A stretch of DNA of 64,000 nt from an uncultured Pseudomonadota bacterium (GTDB lineage Bacteria > Pseudomonadota > Alphaproteobacteria > Rs-D84): assembly GCA_902787305.1 (NCBI GenBank), contig CADAFS010000003.1, positions 7,119-71,118 of the forward strand, read 5' to 3'. A program made the position numbers and the translations under genes. This document shows positions 47,774 to 57,090 of the stretch, piece after piece. Below the pieces are notes generated by a model that was given only the letters and a program-made list of their open reading frames with translations, made no database searches and was not told where the DNA came from. How positions within the stretch are numbered: the first letter of the stretch is position 1; the number at the start of each line of letters is the position of its first letter.

Positions 47774-48514
47774 ATGAAAAAGACGCAAAACATAATTTCG
47801 ATGAATAAAATTTGCAAAAGTTTTCCGTTGGAAATCGGTGGTGTGCAACAGGTTTTGTTTGATGTGACATTTGATATTTCCGCCGGTGAATTTGTTGCAA
47901 TTATGGGGCCATCGGGTTCCGGAAAATCAACATGTATGAATATCATCGGTGCGCTGGATACGCCAACATCCGGCGTATACGAATTGTATGGAAAAAATAT
48001 AACGAATATGACCCCCGATGATTTGGCGGTTGTTCGCAACGAATATATCGGGTTTGTTTTTCAAAATTTTAACCTGCTTTCAAAGCGAAATGTTTTGGAC
48101 AATGTTATGTTGCCCCTGATGTATCGTGGTATGTCCCCGGACGAACGAATTCGCCGTTCGCGTGAAATGCTCAGGCGCGTGGGACTTGAAAATTTTGAAA
48201 CATATTTACCAACGCAACTTTCGGGTGGTATGAAGCAACGCGTCGCAATCGCGCGGGCACTTGCGGGCGACCCGAAACTAATTTTGGCGGACGAACCGAC
48301 GGGCGCATTGGATTCAAAAATGGGAAATGAAATCTTAAAGTTTTTCAAAGAACTGAACAATGATTTGGGAATCACAATAATTATGATAACGCACGAATTT
48401 GACACCGCGCAATATGCAAACCGCCTTATCCACATTTATGACGGGCGAATAAATTATGACGGCGCGGTCCCGAAAACCGAAGATGCACTAAACCAAAAAA
48501 CGCACAGGAAATAA
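47774..48514 (+). CDS. ABC transporter ATP-binding protein (MacB/LolD-type)
   Basis: [35 protein letters not shown]. Confidence 0.92.
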   Translation: MKKTQNIISMNKICKSFPLEIGGVQQVLFDVTFDISAGEFVAIMGPSGSGKSTCMNIIGALDTPTSGVYELYGKNITNMTPDDLAVVRNEYIGFVFQNFNLLSKRNVLDNVMLPLMYRGMSPDERIRRSREMLRRVGLENFETYLPTQLSGGMKQRVAIARALAGDPKLILADEPTGALDSKMGNEILKFFKELNNDLGITIIMITHEFDTAQYANRLIHIYDGRINYDGAVPKTEDALNQKTHRK

Positions 48515-48515
48515 T

Positions 48516-49733
48516 ATGACCTTTAACGACATAATAAAAGAATCTTGGCTTTCAATAAGTGCGAATAAAATTCGTTCGTTTCTGACCGTACTTGGCATAA
48601 TCATTGGTGTGCTGGCGGTCGTGATAATGGTTGCGGTCGGCGAAACGGTGCAAACAGAAATCACCGACCAATTTTCATCACTTGGCACAAACACAATCGT
48701 TATCCGTGCAGGCGCGGCGCGCATAGGCGGCGTGCGAACCGGAAACCGCCAAACACTTACCACCGATGACGCCGCAATAATCGCAAAATTGCCCGATGTC
48801 GCGGCAATCACACCCGTTCAGGCATCTGGTGCCCAGGTTGTATATGGAAACAAAAATTGGGCAACATCAATGATTGGTGTCTATCCTGATTACACAACCG
48901 TGCAAAGTGTTGATATCGAATATGGCGCGTTTTTTGATGATGCGGCCGTTCGCAACGCATCAACATACGCGGTGATTGGACCGAAAACGGCGACGGAACT
49001 TGGTATGGATAAAAACCCGGTTGGCGAAGTAATTCGTATTCAAAACGTTCCTTTTGTTATTGTTGGCGTTGCCAAAGAACGTGGCGATACGGCGATGGGT
49101 TCCCAAGACGATATGGTTATGATACCAATTACAACATTAAAAAAACGTTTGCAAGGCAGTCCTTTTCCGAACTCCGTTAGTATGATTGCACTTAAACTTT
49201 TCCAAGATGCGGATAATTCCGTTGTGATTGACCAAGTTTCCGCCCTGCTCCGCGACCGGCACCGATTAAAAGACGGCGATGAAGACGATTTTATGATTAT
49301 GGATATGCGACAAATAATGGAAACGATGACAACGGTGACGGGCTATTTGAAATTGCTGTTGATTGCGATTGCGGCGGTGTCATTGTTGGTTGGTGCAATC
49401 GGAATTATGAATATGATGCTGGTATCTGTTGCGGAACGCACGCGCGAAATCGGAATCCGCAAGGCCATCGGCGCACGCGAACGTCACATAATAACGCAAT
49501 TTTTGGCTGAATCGATAATGATATCGTTCATCGGTTCGATGATTGGTCTTGTCCTTGGGGTTGGACTTGCCCAAGGTGTTGGGCGATTTATCCTTGGGTA
49601 TAATGTTCCATTTAGTTTATGGCCTGTTGCGCTTTCGATAACCGTTGCGGTCGTTGTCGGCCTTGCATCCGGCGTTGTTCCGGCAATAAAGGCCGCAAAA
49701 CTAAACCCAATCGACAGTTTGCGATATGAATAA
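48516..49733 (+). CDS. ABC transporter permease (MacB_PCD plus FtsX domains)
   Basis: N-terminal TM, large periplasmic domain, C-terminal FtsX-type TM bundle (ERTREIGIRKAIGA). Confidence 0.88.
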   Translation: MTFNDIIKESWLSISANKIRSFLTVLGIIIGVLAVVIMVAVGETVQTEITDQFSSLGTNTIVIRAGAARIGGVRTGNRQTLTTDDAAIIAKLPDVAAITPVQASGAQVVYGNKNWATSMIGVYPDYTTVQSVDIEYGAFFDDAAVRNASTYAVIGPKTATELGMDKNPVGEVIRIQNVPFVIVGVAKERGDTAMGSQDDMVMIPITTLKKRLQGSPFPNSVSMIALKLFQDADNSVVIDQVSALLRDRHRLKDGDEDDFMIMDMRQIMETMTTVTGYLKLLLIAIAAVSLLVGAIGIMNMMLVSVAERTREIGIRKAIGARERHIITQFLAESIMISFIGSMIGLVLGVGLAQGVGRFILGYNVPFSLWPVALSITVAVVVGLASGVVPAIKAAKLNPIDSLRYE

Positions 49734-49734
49734 T

Positions 49735-50625
49735 TTATTTAGAAAGTTTTTTATACATGTTTGATAAAAACGGAACATCAACCCTTGCTTCGCCGGCTTT
49801 TTTGACAAGTGCGCTAAGCGCAGAGATGCCTTCGACCGTGCCAACTGGCTTTTCCCCTTTTGCGATTGCAACACCGGCGGAAAAATTGCGACTTGTTGTC
49901 GATGTCGCGGTCAGCAATAAATCGCCAAGTCCACAAAAATCAAGAAATGTTTTTTCTTTCGCACCAAGTTTTAACCCTAAACGCACCACCTCGTTCCATG
50001 CCAATGTCATAGAAAGCGCAGATTCATTTTCCCCCCTGCCCTTTACCTTGATATAGCCGCTTATTACCGACACCGCATTTTTACCAACACCGCAGATTTC
50101 TGTGCCTATCACATCTTTGGTAGAACTTAAAAACAATTCTTTGAAAATACGTCCGCCGACTTCTTGGATTTTCCTGCCCCCCGCAAGTGTTGAGCCAGTT
50201 GGAACACCATGTGCAACTTCGGCGGCGAACTGTGGCCCCGACAAAACGCCAACATTTTTCTTCTTTGGCGCAATAGTTTCGTGCAACACATCGGTCATAA
50301 ATTTTCCAGTATCGGGTTCCGCGCCCTTGGTACAGATAATAATTGGTTGACCGGCATAAAATTCTTTTGCTTTGTTCATTGTATCGCGAAAAAACGCCGC
50401 CGGTGTAACCGCAATCCAAATATTACAAGATTTTGAATACAAATCCCGCATATTTTGTGTTTGTGTTATATTTTTCATCGGCTTTAAACCGAACTGTTCG
50501 TGTTTTCCGTCAAAAGACCACAAAATAACTTTTGCCCCACTGCGCGCTACAAGTTGCGCAAGTGCACTGCCCCACGCACCGGCCCCAATAATACCAACAA
50601 TATCTTTGGCAGAATTTAGATTCAT
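49735..50625 (-). CDS. gpsA: NAD(P)H-dependent glycerol-3-phosphate dehydrogenase
   Basis: IIGAGAWGSALA, GLGDLLLTATSTTSRN motifs. Confidence 0.88.
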   Translation of the reverse strand: MNLNSAKDIVGIIGAGAWGSALAQLVARSGAKVILWSFDGKHEQFGLKPMKNITQTQNMRDLYSKSCNIWIAVTPAAFFRDTMNKAKEFYAGQPIIICTKGAEPDTGKFMTDVLHETIAPKKKNVGVLSGPQFAAEVAHGVPTGSTLAGGRKIQEVGGRIFKELFLSSTKDVIGTEICGVGKNAVSVISGYIKVKGRGENESALSMTLAWNEVVRLGLKLGAKEKTFLDFCGLGDLLLTATSTTSRNFSAGVAIAKGEKPVGTVEGISALSALVKKAGEARVDVPFLSNMYKKLSK

Positions 50626-52232
50626 TTTATCTTCCTTATTTTTTTCTCTATATTCGGCACGATTGTTAAACCATCTTCGGACAGTTCGATTGCGCGATTG
50701 TATGCATCACGCGCCAAATCTTTTTTTCCGGCGACAACATACGCATCGCCCAAATGTTCAAACAATGCCGAACAAGTATCCGCCGCCCCACCAATTTTTT
50801 CAAGTATTTCGAGTGCCGCGCCACTGCCTTCACGTACACCAATAACCACCGCAACCGTATCCCACGCAACCACATCCATCGGGTCGCGCTTTACCATCGC
50901 CATTGCATAGTTATATGCGTTTTCAATTTCACGATTTTGTGCCGCCCAAATTCGCGCCTGAATCATTAAAATTTCCTGGTCGATAATCTGCATTTTTGAA
51001 ACATCGTGAATATCAGATTGCGCGCGTTCCAAATCGCCAAACATCATATACACAAATGCGCGCCGTTTTAGCAAATATGCACGCCCCGAATCAGAAAGTT
51101 TTTCATTATCCAATGTCCGATTTATGGCGCGCAGCGCGGACGATTTATCCCCTGCCCTAATATATTCCGCGACGATTTTATTTAACGCAGGGATAAATAA
51201 TTGGTGCGTGCTTAAAATCTTTTTAATTTCATCAACCGAATTCACGGTTTGCATTTGTGCGAACAAGTAAAACGGGCTGCCCATCGATATAGAATCAAAA
51301 TAACGCGCATAATTCCCGTGTGTATTCACGAAAAACTGCCCGGTGTAGTAGTTTATCATGTCTTGAAAGAATTGCGTTTCTGGACCGATTATTTGCGCAA
51401 AACGCAACATCAACACCGAAATGTCCGAATAAAGCATAACTTGCGTATGTGAAACATTTTGAACGACATTAAATGCCAATTCATTTTTTATGCCTGCAAA
51501 ATTTTCTTTCCAATCCGGAATATCTTCATAATATGACAAAAACATACCGCCCGGCGTTGATGAAAAAGTTTTTCGCAACATTTCGGCATTTTCGTCCATG
51601 CCATGCGCACGATAGAACGACATAACGTAAATATAATCGTTCATATTCATGAACCCCGTTGGTACATTTGCGAACGCGCCGGCGGCCTTTTCAAAATCAC
51701 CCGATTCGGCATAGATTTGCCCACGCACAAACATTTTCCATGCGGGATTTGATTCGGATTTTTCGATAAATTTTAACACTTCGTCCGTATGCCCCGCACC
51801 AACGCCGGACCAAACACGAAAAGGTGTGTATACGGCGGATTTGTTCGTATAGAACCGTTTGTACATATCGGCCCAACGGTCGTTTTTCGCCAAATACGCA
51901 TCGTACATTATTTGTGATGATATTTCTTTTTTATCGGCAAATTTTTCTATGTTCGTTGGGATTTTCCCGGATAAAAATTCAACCAGTGCGCGTGTTTCTT
52001 GGGCGACATCATATTCAACATCGGCGAAATCGGCAAGGAATTCGTTTGCGCTATTGAAATCGTTTGCATAAACCGCATGTTGGGCCGCCAAAAAAGCGCC
52101 GTATTTTGTCGGCTGTAATTCATCCGATTCCACAAAATCGCCGGTTGAAATCATACGCGAAGACGCGACATAGGCCAAAACGCCAACCGCCACGAATAAA
52201 CCAATAAAAAATATAGTTTTTAATTTTGCCAT
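50622..52232 (-). CDS. Membrane-anchored TPR-like repeat protein
   Basis: Start at MAKLKTIFFIGLFVAVGVLAYV (52232). The longer ORF-track extension overlaps rsmG antisense. Helical repeats (LGDAYVVAGKKDLARDAYNRAIEL). Confidence 0.6.
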   Translation of the reverse strand: MAKLKTIFFIGLFVAVGVLAYVASSRMISTGDFVESDELQPTKYGAFLAAQHAVYANDFNSANEFLADFADVEYDVAQETRALVEFLSGKIPTNIEKFADKKEISSQIMYDAYLAKNDRWADMYKRFYTNKSAVYTPFRVWSGVGAGHTDEVLKFIEKSESNPAWKMFVRGQIYAESGDFEKAAGAFANVPTGFMNMNDYIYVMSFYRAHGMDENAEMLRKTFSSTPGGMFLSYYEDIPDWKENFAGIKNELAFNVVQNVSHTQVMLYSDISVLMLRFAQIIGPETQFFQDMINYYTGQFFVNTHGNYARYFDSISMGSPFYLFAQMQTVNSVDEIKKILSTHQLFIPALNKIVAEYIRAGDKSSALRAINRTLDNEKLSDSGRAYLLKRRAFVYMMFGDLERAQSDIHDVSKMQIIDQEILMIQARIWAAQNREIENAYNYAMAMVKRDPMDVVAWDTVAVVIGVREGSGAALEILEKIGGAADTCSALFEHLGDAYVVAGKKDLARDAYNRAIELSEDGLTIVPNIEKKIRKIK

Positions 52233-52258
52233 TTGTAAAATTATGCTACAATAATAAT

Positions 52259-52831
52259 ATGAATAGTAAAGAAAAATTTGCACGTTATGCGGAAATTTTA
52301 CGCGATTGGAATTCGCGTATGAATCTTGTGGCGCGCGGCACCTTGGGTGACCTGGAAAACCGGCACTTTGCCGATTCGGCGCAATTGGCGGATGTTTTAC
52401 CGGCTGACGTAAATGTAATTGATTTTGGTTCAGGTGCGGGGTTCCCGGGCGTGGTTTTGGCGATTTTGGGTTGGAATGTGACCTGTATCGAATCGATTGG
52501 CAAAAAAGTTTCTTTTCTAAATGAATTAAAAACGAAACTTGAACTTGATAATTTAACAATTTATCACGGACGTGTTGAAAACTTTTTCCCGGCTTTTTTG
52601 AACAAAAATGATAAAAAAGCCGGGAATTTTGTTATAACTGCACGTGCTTTTGCACCACTTGTTAAGATTTTAGATTATGTTCGTGGGATAAATTGCCGGC
52701 TTTTTTTACTAAAAGGCCGGGAAATTGAACGCGAAATTGCCGACGCAAAAAAGAAATATCGGTTTGATTACGATTTAATACCGTCCAAGACCGGTGACGG
52801 GTTTATAATAATTGTGCGATTCGGTGGATAA
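52259..52831 (+). CDS. rsmG: 16S rRNA (guanine527-N7)-methyltransferase RsmG (GidB)
   Basis: DFGSGAGFPGVVLAI SAM motif, upstream of parA-parB. Confidence 0.88.
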   Translation: MNSKEKFARYAEILRDWNSRMNLVARGTLGDLENRHFADSAQLADVLPADVNVIDFGSGAGFPGVVLAILGWNVTCIESIGKKVSFLNELKTKLELDNLTIYHGRVENFFPAFLNKNDKKAGNFVITARAFAPLVKILDYVRGINCRLFLLKGREIEREIADAKKKYRFDYDLIPSKTGDGFIIIVRFGG

Positions 52832-52845
52832 TTTCATGTGAAACA
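52830..52845. promoter_or_regulatory. parS-like site (AATTTCATGTGAAACA, 13/16 to TGTTTCACGTGAAACA)
   Basis: Read directly. Lies between the rsmG stop and the parA promoter. Confidence 0.45.
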
Positions 52846-52895
52846 ACAAATATCGTGTTGATTTTATTGTGTTTTTTAATTTAATCTTTTGTTTC

Positions 52896-52924
52896 TTGAC
52901 TGTGTCAAATTTCGCGTATATACT
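52896..52924 (+). promoter_or_regulatory. Putative parAB promoter (TTGACT-17-TATACT)
   Basis: Hexamers read directly. Confidence 0.55.
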
Positions 52925-52951
52925 CTAAAACAATAAAAGGAAGGTATAAAA

Positions 52952-53725
52952 ATGACGGAAATTATCGCGTTTGCAAATCAAAAAGGTGGTGTTGGAAAAA
53001 CAACGACTGCAATAAACCTTGGGGCGTCGCTGGCCGCAATTAAAAAGCGTGTTTTGCTTATAGATTTGGATTCCCAAGGTAATGCCGGGACGGGACTTGG
53101 ATTTGTTCGTTCTTCGCATTCACAAAGTGTTTATGATGTGATTATGGGGCTGTCCAGTGCGGCGGAAAACATACTTTCGACCGCGGTTCCGGGTATGCAT
53201 ATTTTGCCGTCGACCCAGGCACTTGCCGGGGCCGAAGTTGAATTGTTGGATATGGAAAACAAGGAATATCGCCTGCGCGATGCGTTGCGGCCGATAATGG
53301 AACATTATGATTATATCTTGCTGGATTGCCCACCGAATTTGGGTTATATCACGTTAAACGCGTTAACGACCGCAAACCACGTAATTATCCCATTACAATG
53401 CGAATTTTTCGCGTTGGAGGGGGTTTTGCATCTTATAAATACAATCAAAGGCATTCAGCAAAAATGGAACCCGAATTTAGATGTCTTGGGTGTTTTGCTA
53501 ACTATGTACGACCGGCGGTATGGTATGACACGCGATGTCGAAGATAATGTCCGTGAAACGTTTGGTGGTTTGGTGTTCAAAACGGTCGTGCCGCGCAATG
53601 TCCGTGTGGCCGAGGCGCCAAGTCACGGCAAACCGGCGTTGTTTTATGACTTTAATTCCAACGGTGCCCAGGCGTACTTGCGCTTTGCGACCGAAGTTAT
53701 TCAAAAAATAGAAAAGGGGGAATAA
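52952..53725 (+). CDS. parA: Chromosome partitioning ATPase ParA
   Basis: Deviant Walker A NQKGGVGKTTTAINL, 257 aa. Confidence 0.93.
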   Translation: MTEIIAFANQKGGVGKTTTAINLGASLAAIKKRVLLIDLDSQGNAGTGLGFVRSSHSQSVYDVIMGLSSAAENILSTAVPGMHILPSTQALAGAEVELLDMENKEYRLRDALRPIMEHYDYILLDCPPNLGYITLNALTTANHVIIPLQCEFFALEGVLHLINTIKGIQQKWNPNLDVLGVLLTMYDRRYGMTRDVEDNVRETFGGLVFKTVVPRNVRVAEAPSHGKPALFYDFNSNGAQAYLRFATEVIQKIEKGE

Positions 53726-53726
53726 A

Positions 53727-54611
53727 ATGGGAAAATTTGGCCTGGGACGGACACTAACAGATTTACAAAATGAAATGGGCGCGGCGCCCGAAGTATCAAT
53801 TTTAAGCGGCACGGAACGCGTTGTTGTGCGGCAAATTCCAATTGCACAAATCGGCGTGAATCCCGATCAACCACGCAAAACCTTTGCCGCCGAAGATTTG
53901 GCGGATTTGTCCGCATCTATAAAGGAAAAGGGCGTATTACAACCAATTTTGTTGCGTTCGGTAAAAAATCGGCCGTATATGTATGAAATTGTGGCGGGCG
54001 AACGGCGCTATCGTGCAAGTAAAATGGCGGGACTTTCCGAAATTCCGGCGTTGGTAAAGAACTTGGCGGACAATAACGCAATGGAAATCGCGCTGATTGA
54101 AAATGTGCAACGCGAAAACCTGAATCCGATAGAGGAGGCCGCGGCTTACGTAAACCTGATGAATAAATGCGAATACACCATGGCGGATGTGTCGCATTTG
54201 ATTGGAAAATCCGAAAGTTATATACGGAATTTGGTGCGCCTTAACGGATTGCCGGCATCGGTCAAAAAAATGGTAGAGCAGGGCGCGCTTTCCGCATCGC
54301 ACGCGCGCGCAATCACTGTTGCCGAAGACCCGGAAAAGGTCGCCCGCGAAATTATTGAACAAAAATTATCGGTTGCGGATACCGAAAAACGTATGAAAAA
54401 TGTGGCGCGTTCCGGCAAAAACCGCAAATTTACAAACAAAACTATGGATGCAAAAACCGTCAAAGAACTGACGCAAAGAGCAGGGCGCGCATTATCCGCC
54501 ACGGTTAAAATCACCGAACGGCGCGGTGGCGCGGGCGTGATAACAATAAACTTTGACACACGCGCCCAATTAAATGAAATTGTTGACAAAATTGCCGGCC
54601 GAAACGCATAA
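53727..54611 (+). CDS. parB: Chromosome partitioning protein ParB
   Basis: NPDQPRK, GERRYRAS, HTH region. Confidence 0.92.
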   Translation: MGKFGLGRTLTDLQNEMGAAPEVSILSGTERVVVRQIPIAQIGVNPDQPRKTFAAEDLADLSASIKEKGVLQPILLRSVKNRPYMYEIVAGERRYRASKMAGLSEIPALVKNLADNNAMEIALIENVQRENLNPIEEAAAYVNLMNKCEYTMADVSHLIGKSESYIRNLVRLNGLPASVKKMVEQGALSASHARAITVAEDPEKVAREIIEQKLSVADTEKRMKNVARSGKNRKFTNKTMDAKTVKELTQRAGRALSATVKITERRGGAGVITINFDTRAQLNEIVDKIAGRNA

Positions 54612-54658
54612 AAATATCAAAAAAGCCGGTGTGGTTGACAAACTAAAAAGAGGTTGTA

Positions 54659-55132
54659 ATGATAACTATTAGCAATTTAAAAAAAGAACAAGATATAAAC
54701 ACTATTGCCGATTTTTATGCGGATTATTACAGCAATTCGGTACTACAAGAAAAATGGACCAAAGAATCTGCAACCAAATTATTCAAATATTTTTATAATC
54801 AAAATAAAGATTTACTCTTTGTCGCATATGATGATGACAGCCCCGTTGGAATTATAACATCGGTTTTGAAACCTTGGTGGGACGGAAATCATTTAGAAGA
54901 TGGTGAAATTTTTGTGATACCGGAATACCGTAAGAAAGGTGTTGCTAAAAGATTGCTGAAAGCGTTGTTTAAGTGTGCTGTGGATAAATATAATGCAACA
55001 ACATTAGAAGCGCATACATACGAAGATGAAAACGGTTTTCCGTACGCTTGGTATAAAAGATTAGGGTTTGAAACCATAGATGATTGGAAAATTATTAGCG
55101 GTGATATAAAAGAAATTATGAAAAAAATATGA
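54659..55132 (+). CDS. GNAT-family N-acetyltransferase
   Basis: IFVIPEYRKKGVAKRLLKAL acetyl-CoA binding motif. A+T-rich. Confidence 0.7.
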   Translation: MITISNLKKEQDINTIADFYADYYSNSVLQEKWTKESATKLFKYFYNQNKDLLFVAYDDDSPVGIITSVLKPWWDGNHLEDGEIFVIPEYRKKGVAKRLLKALFKCAVDKYNATTLEAHTYEDENGFPYAWYKRLGFETIDDWKIISGDIKEIMKKI

Positions 55133-55144
55133 AAAGGAGCAAAT

Positions 55145-55549
55145 ATGAACGAAACTTTTAAATTTCTAAAAGAAAACACACAGGTGAATTATTTGGCCAC
55201 AATCAATGGGGACAAACCAAGCCTAAGGCCGTTTGGTGATCCATTTTTATATAATGGTAAAATCTATGTGATAACCAACAAGAAAAAAGAAGTTTCTAAA
55301 CAAATTGCCAGAAATAACCATGTTTGCATAGTTGCATATGATAATGAAAATTGGATAAGAATAAATTGTGAACTGGTGGACGACAGTGACAATATAAACG
55401 CCAAAAAGGCGGCGATTTCTGAATACGATTGGGCAGAATCCGCGGGATATACATTGGATAACCCAAACTTTCAAATACTGTATATGCACAATGTGACCGC
55501 CGTTATATATGACGAAGAGGGCCACCCGATCAATTCATATAAATTTTGA
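55145..55549 (+). CDS. Pyridoxamine 5'-phosphate oxidase-like FMN-binding family protein
   Basis: Size and N-terminal pattern (FLKEN...YLATINGDKPSLRPF) typical of the split-barrel family. Confidence 0.6.
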   Translation: MNETFKFLKENTQVNYLATINGDKPSLRPFGDPFLYNGKIYVITNKKKEVSKQIARNNHVCIVAYDNENWIRINCELVDDSDNINAKKAAISEYDWAESAGYTLDNPNFQILYMHNVTAVIYDEEGHPINSYKF

Positions 55550-55555
55550 TACATT

Positions 55556-55580
55556 AAAAAAAACGGGCGCGAACGCGCCC
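55556..55580 (-). terminator. Second terminator downstream of pal
   Basis: CGGGCGCG-TT-CGCGCCCG followed by T7 on the complement. Confidence 0.7.
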
Positions 55581-55610
55581 GCACTAACACTAATCACTTG
55601 CACTAACCAC
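55581..55610 (-). repeat. GTWAGT array (complement orientation) between two terminator hairpins
   Basis: CACTAACACTAATCACTTGCACTAACCACT. Confidence 0.8.
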
Positions 55611-55635
55611 TAAAAAACGCCCAAACGGGCGTTTT
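55611..55635. terminator. Bidirectional terminator between the PNPOx-like gene and pal
   Basis: AAAAAACGCCC-AAAC-GGGCGTTTTT. Confidence 0.8.
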
Positions 55636-55637
55636 TA

Positions 55638-56054
55638 TTATTTAACGGTCGTTGTGGCGTTACGGTTAAACTTCCAAACCTTTTCGCCAGTTCCCTTGAC
55701 CAACGGGCGTTCTTTACCATAAGAAATGGTAGAGATACGTTTCGCACTAACGCCTTCGTTAACAATAACCTGTTTCGCGGCGTTTGCACGACGTGCACCC
55801 AATGCCAAGTTGTATTCCGTTGAACCGCGTTCGTCGCAGTTACCGGCAATTTGAACCTTTACATCATCGTGTGATTTAAGGTATGCCGCTTGACCCAACA
55901 AGTTATCATGCGCCGCATCGGAAATTTCCGAAGAATTAAACGCAAAGAAAACGCGTTGGTTTTCGATTGATTCTGGTTCAACAACGGTTGAACCACCGCA
56001 CGCCGCCAGCAAGCCAGCCGCGCCCGCCAATAAAGCAAAGTTTTTTATTTTCAT
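55638..56054 (-). CDS. pal: Peptidoglycan-associated lipoprotein
   Basis: Lipobox LLAACGG, OmpA_C domain (IAGNCDERGSTEYNLALGARRA). Confidence 0.88.
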   Translation of the reverse strand: MKIKNFALLAGAAGLLAACGGSTVVEPESIENQRVFFAFNSSEISDAAHDNLLGQAAYLKSHDDVKVQIAGNCDERGSTEYNLALGARRANAAKQVIVNEGVSAKRISTISYGKERPLVKGTGEKVWKFNRNATTTVK

Positions 56055-56185
56055 GAAAATACTCCCTTGAGTTTATGTTGCTCATGGTATAGTGTATACT
56101 AAAACGATTATAAAATCAAGCACAATTGAAAAGGATAAACAAAATATGAAAAAAATCAGGGTATGGTGTGGACGAGAGTGAAGTT

Positions 56186-56319
56186 CTCCTCCTGTGGAGG
56201 AGTCCCCGAAGGGGGAGGTGGTCTTTTATAAATATAAGATTTCTGGAATCTGAAAGACCACCCCGGCCTTCGGCCACCCCTCTATCGGGTCCCGCAAAAA
56301 TGTGCAACATTTTTGTGGG
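56186..56319. other. Hairpin-dense GC-rich intergenic region (candidate structured RNA; strand unknown)
   Basis: Five consecutive stems: CTCCTCC/GGAGGAG, TCCCC/GGGGA, GGTGGTCTTT/AAAGACCACC, GGCC/GGCC, CCCGCAAAAATG/CATTTTTGTGGG. Confidence 0.35.
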
Positions 56320-56358
56320 TGATTTCCAGGAGGGGAACTTAAACCAAAAGGAACAAAA

Positions 56359-57090
56359 ATGAATAATGATTTTTTGCGGGATTTAGTGATGGCGGGCGTG
56401 AAATGGGAACTGACCGATGAAACGGTTGGTTTTGTTGTGGAATCTGCGCCGGCGGCGCCGCGTGTGCGCACGATTTCGAACAATGTTGTGCCACCTATAT
56501 CGCCGGTGTCCACGGTATCGGTTGAAACGGCGCGCGCAATGGCGGAAAGACCGACCACAACCGCCGTCCTTTGCCGTATGATTGACGAATTCAATCACCC
56601 CCTGCGCGCGGGCGTGTCAAATGTTGTCGTGCCACATATCGCACCGAATCCGAACGGTATCTTGGTGATTACCGATATCCCGTCCAGTGAAGATGACGCC
56701 ACGGGGCAAATCCTTTCGGGGCCGGCGGGTGAATTGTTCGACAAAATGATTGGCGCGATTGGTATGTCGCGCGAAAGCGTTTCGATTTCGCCGATTCTGT
56801 TTTGGCGCACGCCGGGCGGCCGGACACCGTCGCGGTTGGAAATGGATTTGGCGCGCCCATTCATAGATCGTTTGATTGAACTTACCGAACCAAAAATAAT
56901 TATAACACTTGGGACACTTGCGGCGGCGGAAATTGCGAACATAGATTTAATGCGGAATCACGGCGCGGAAACGGCGGGGCCGGGCGGGGCGCGCGTGTTT
57001 TCGATTTATCATCCAAATTATCTGATACTTAAAACCGCCGCGAAACAAGATGTGTGGACGGTGCTACAAAATGTGCAAAAATTGTGCTAA
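56359..57090 (+). CDS. Uracil-DNA glycosylase superfamily protein (family 4/5-like, non-canonical motif A)
   Basis: ITDIPSSEDDATGQILSGPAGELFDKMI and IYHPNYL motifs. N-terminal extension of about 75 aa. Confidence 0.75.
   Translation: MNNDFLRDLVMAGVKWELTDETVGFVVESAPAAPRVRTISNNVVPPISPVSTVSVETARAMAERPTTTAVLCRMIDEFNHPLRAGVSNVVVPHIAPNPNGILVITDIPSSEDDATGQILSGPAGELFDKMIGAIGMSRESVSISPILFWRTPGGRTPSRLEMDLARPFIDRLIELTEPKIIITLGTLAAAEIANIDLMRNHGAETAGPGGARVFSIYHPNYLILKTAAKQDVWTVLQNVQKLC
57070..57085 (+). repeat. Direct repeat AATGTGCAAAAATTGT (left copy, inside the UDG 3' end)
   Basis: Exact 16-mer repeated at 57330..57345. Confidence 0.9.

Noticed and set aside
48426-48434. Exact DnaA boxes (TTATCCACA at 48426-48434, complement at 54979-54987) as a hint of oriC.
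   Set aside because: They are single, isolated boxes inside coding regions. About one exact 9-mer hit is expected by chance in 64 kb on two strands. There is no cluster and no AT-rich unwinding element.
52233-52559. N-terminal 109-aa extension of ORF 50622..52559.
   Set aside because: The extension overlaps rsmG on the opposite strand and is Pro/Arg/His-rich. A Met followed by a clear membrane anchor (MAKLKTIFFIGLF) occurs at 52232.
56116-56362. ORFs 56168-56362 (+) and 56116-56310 (-) as protein genes.
   Set aside because: They overlap each other within the hairpin-dense block, lack an SD, and their composition is dictated by the palindromes.
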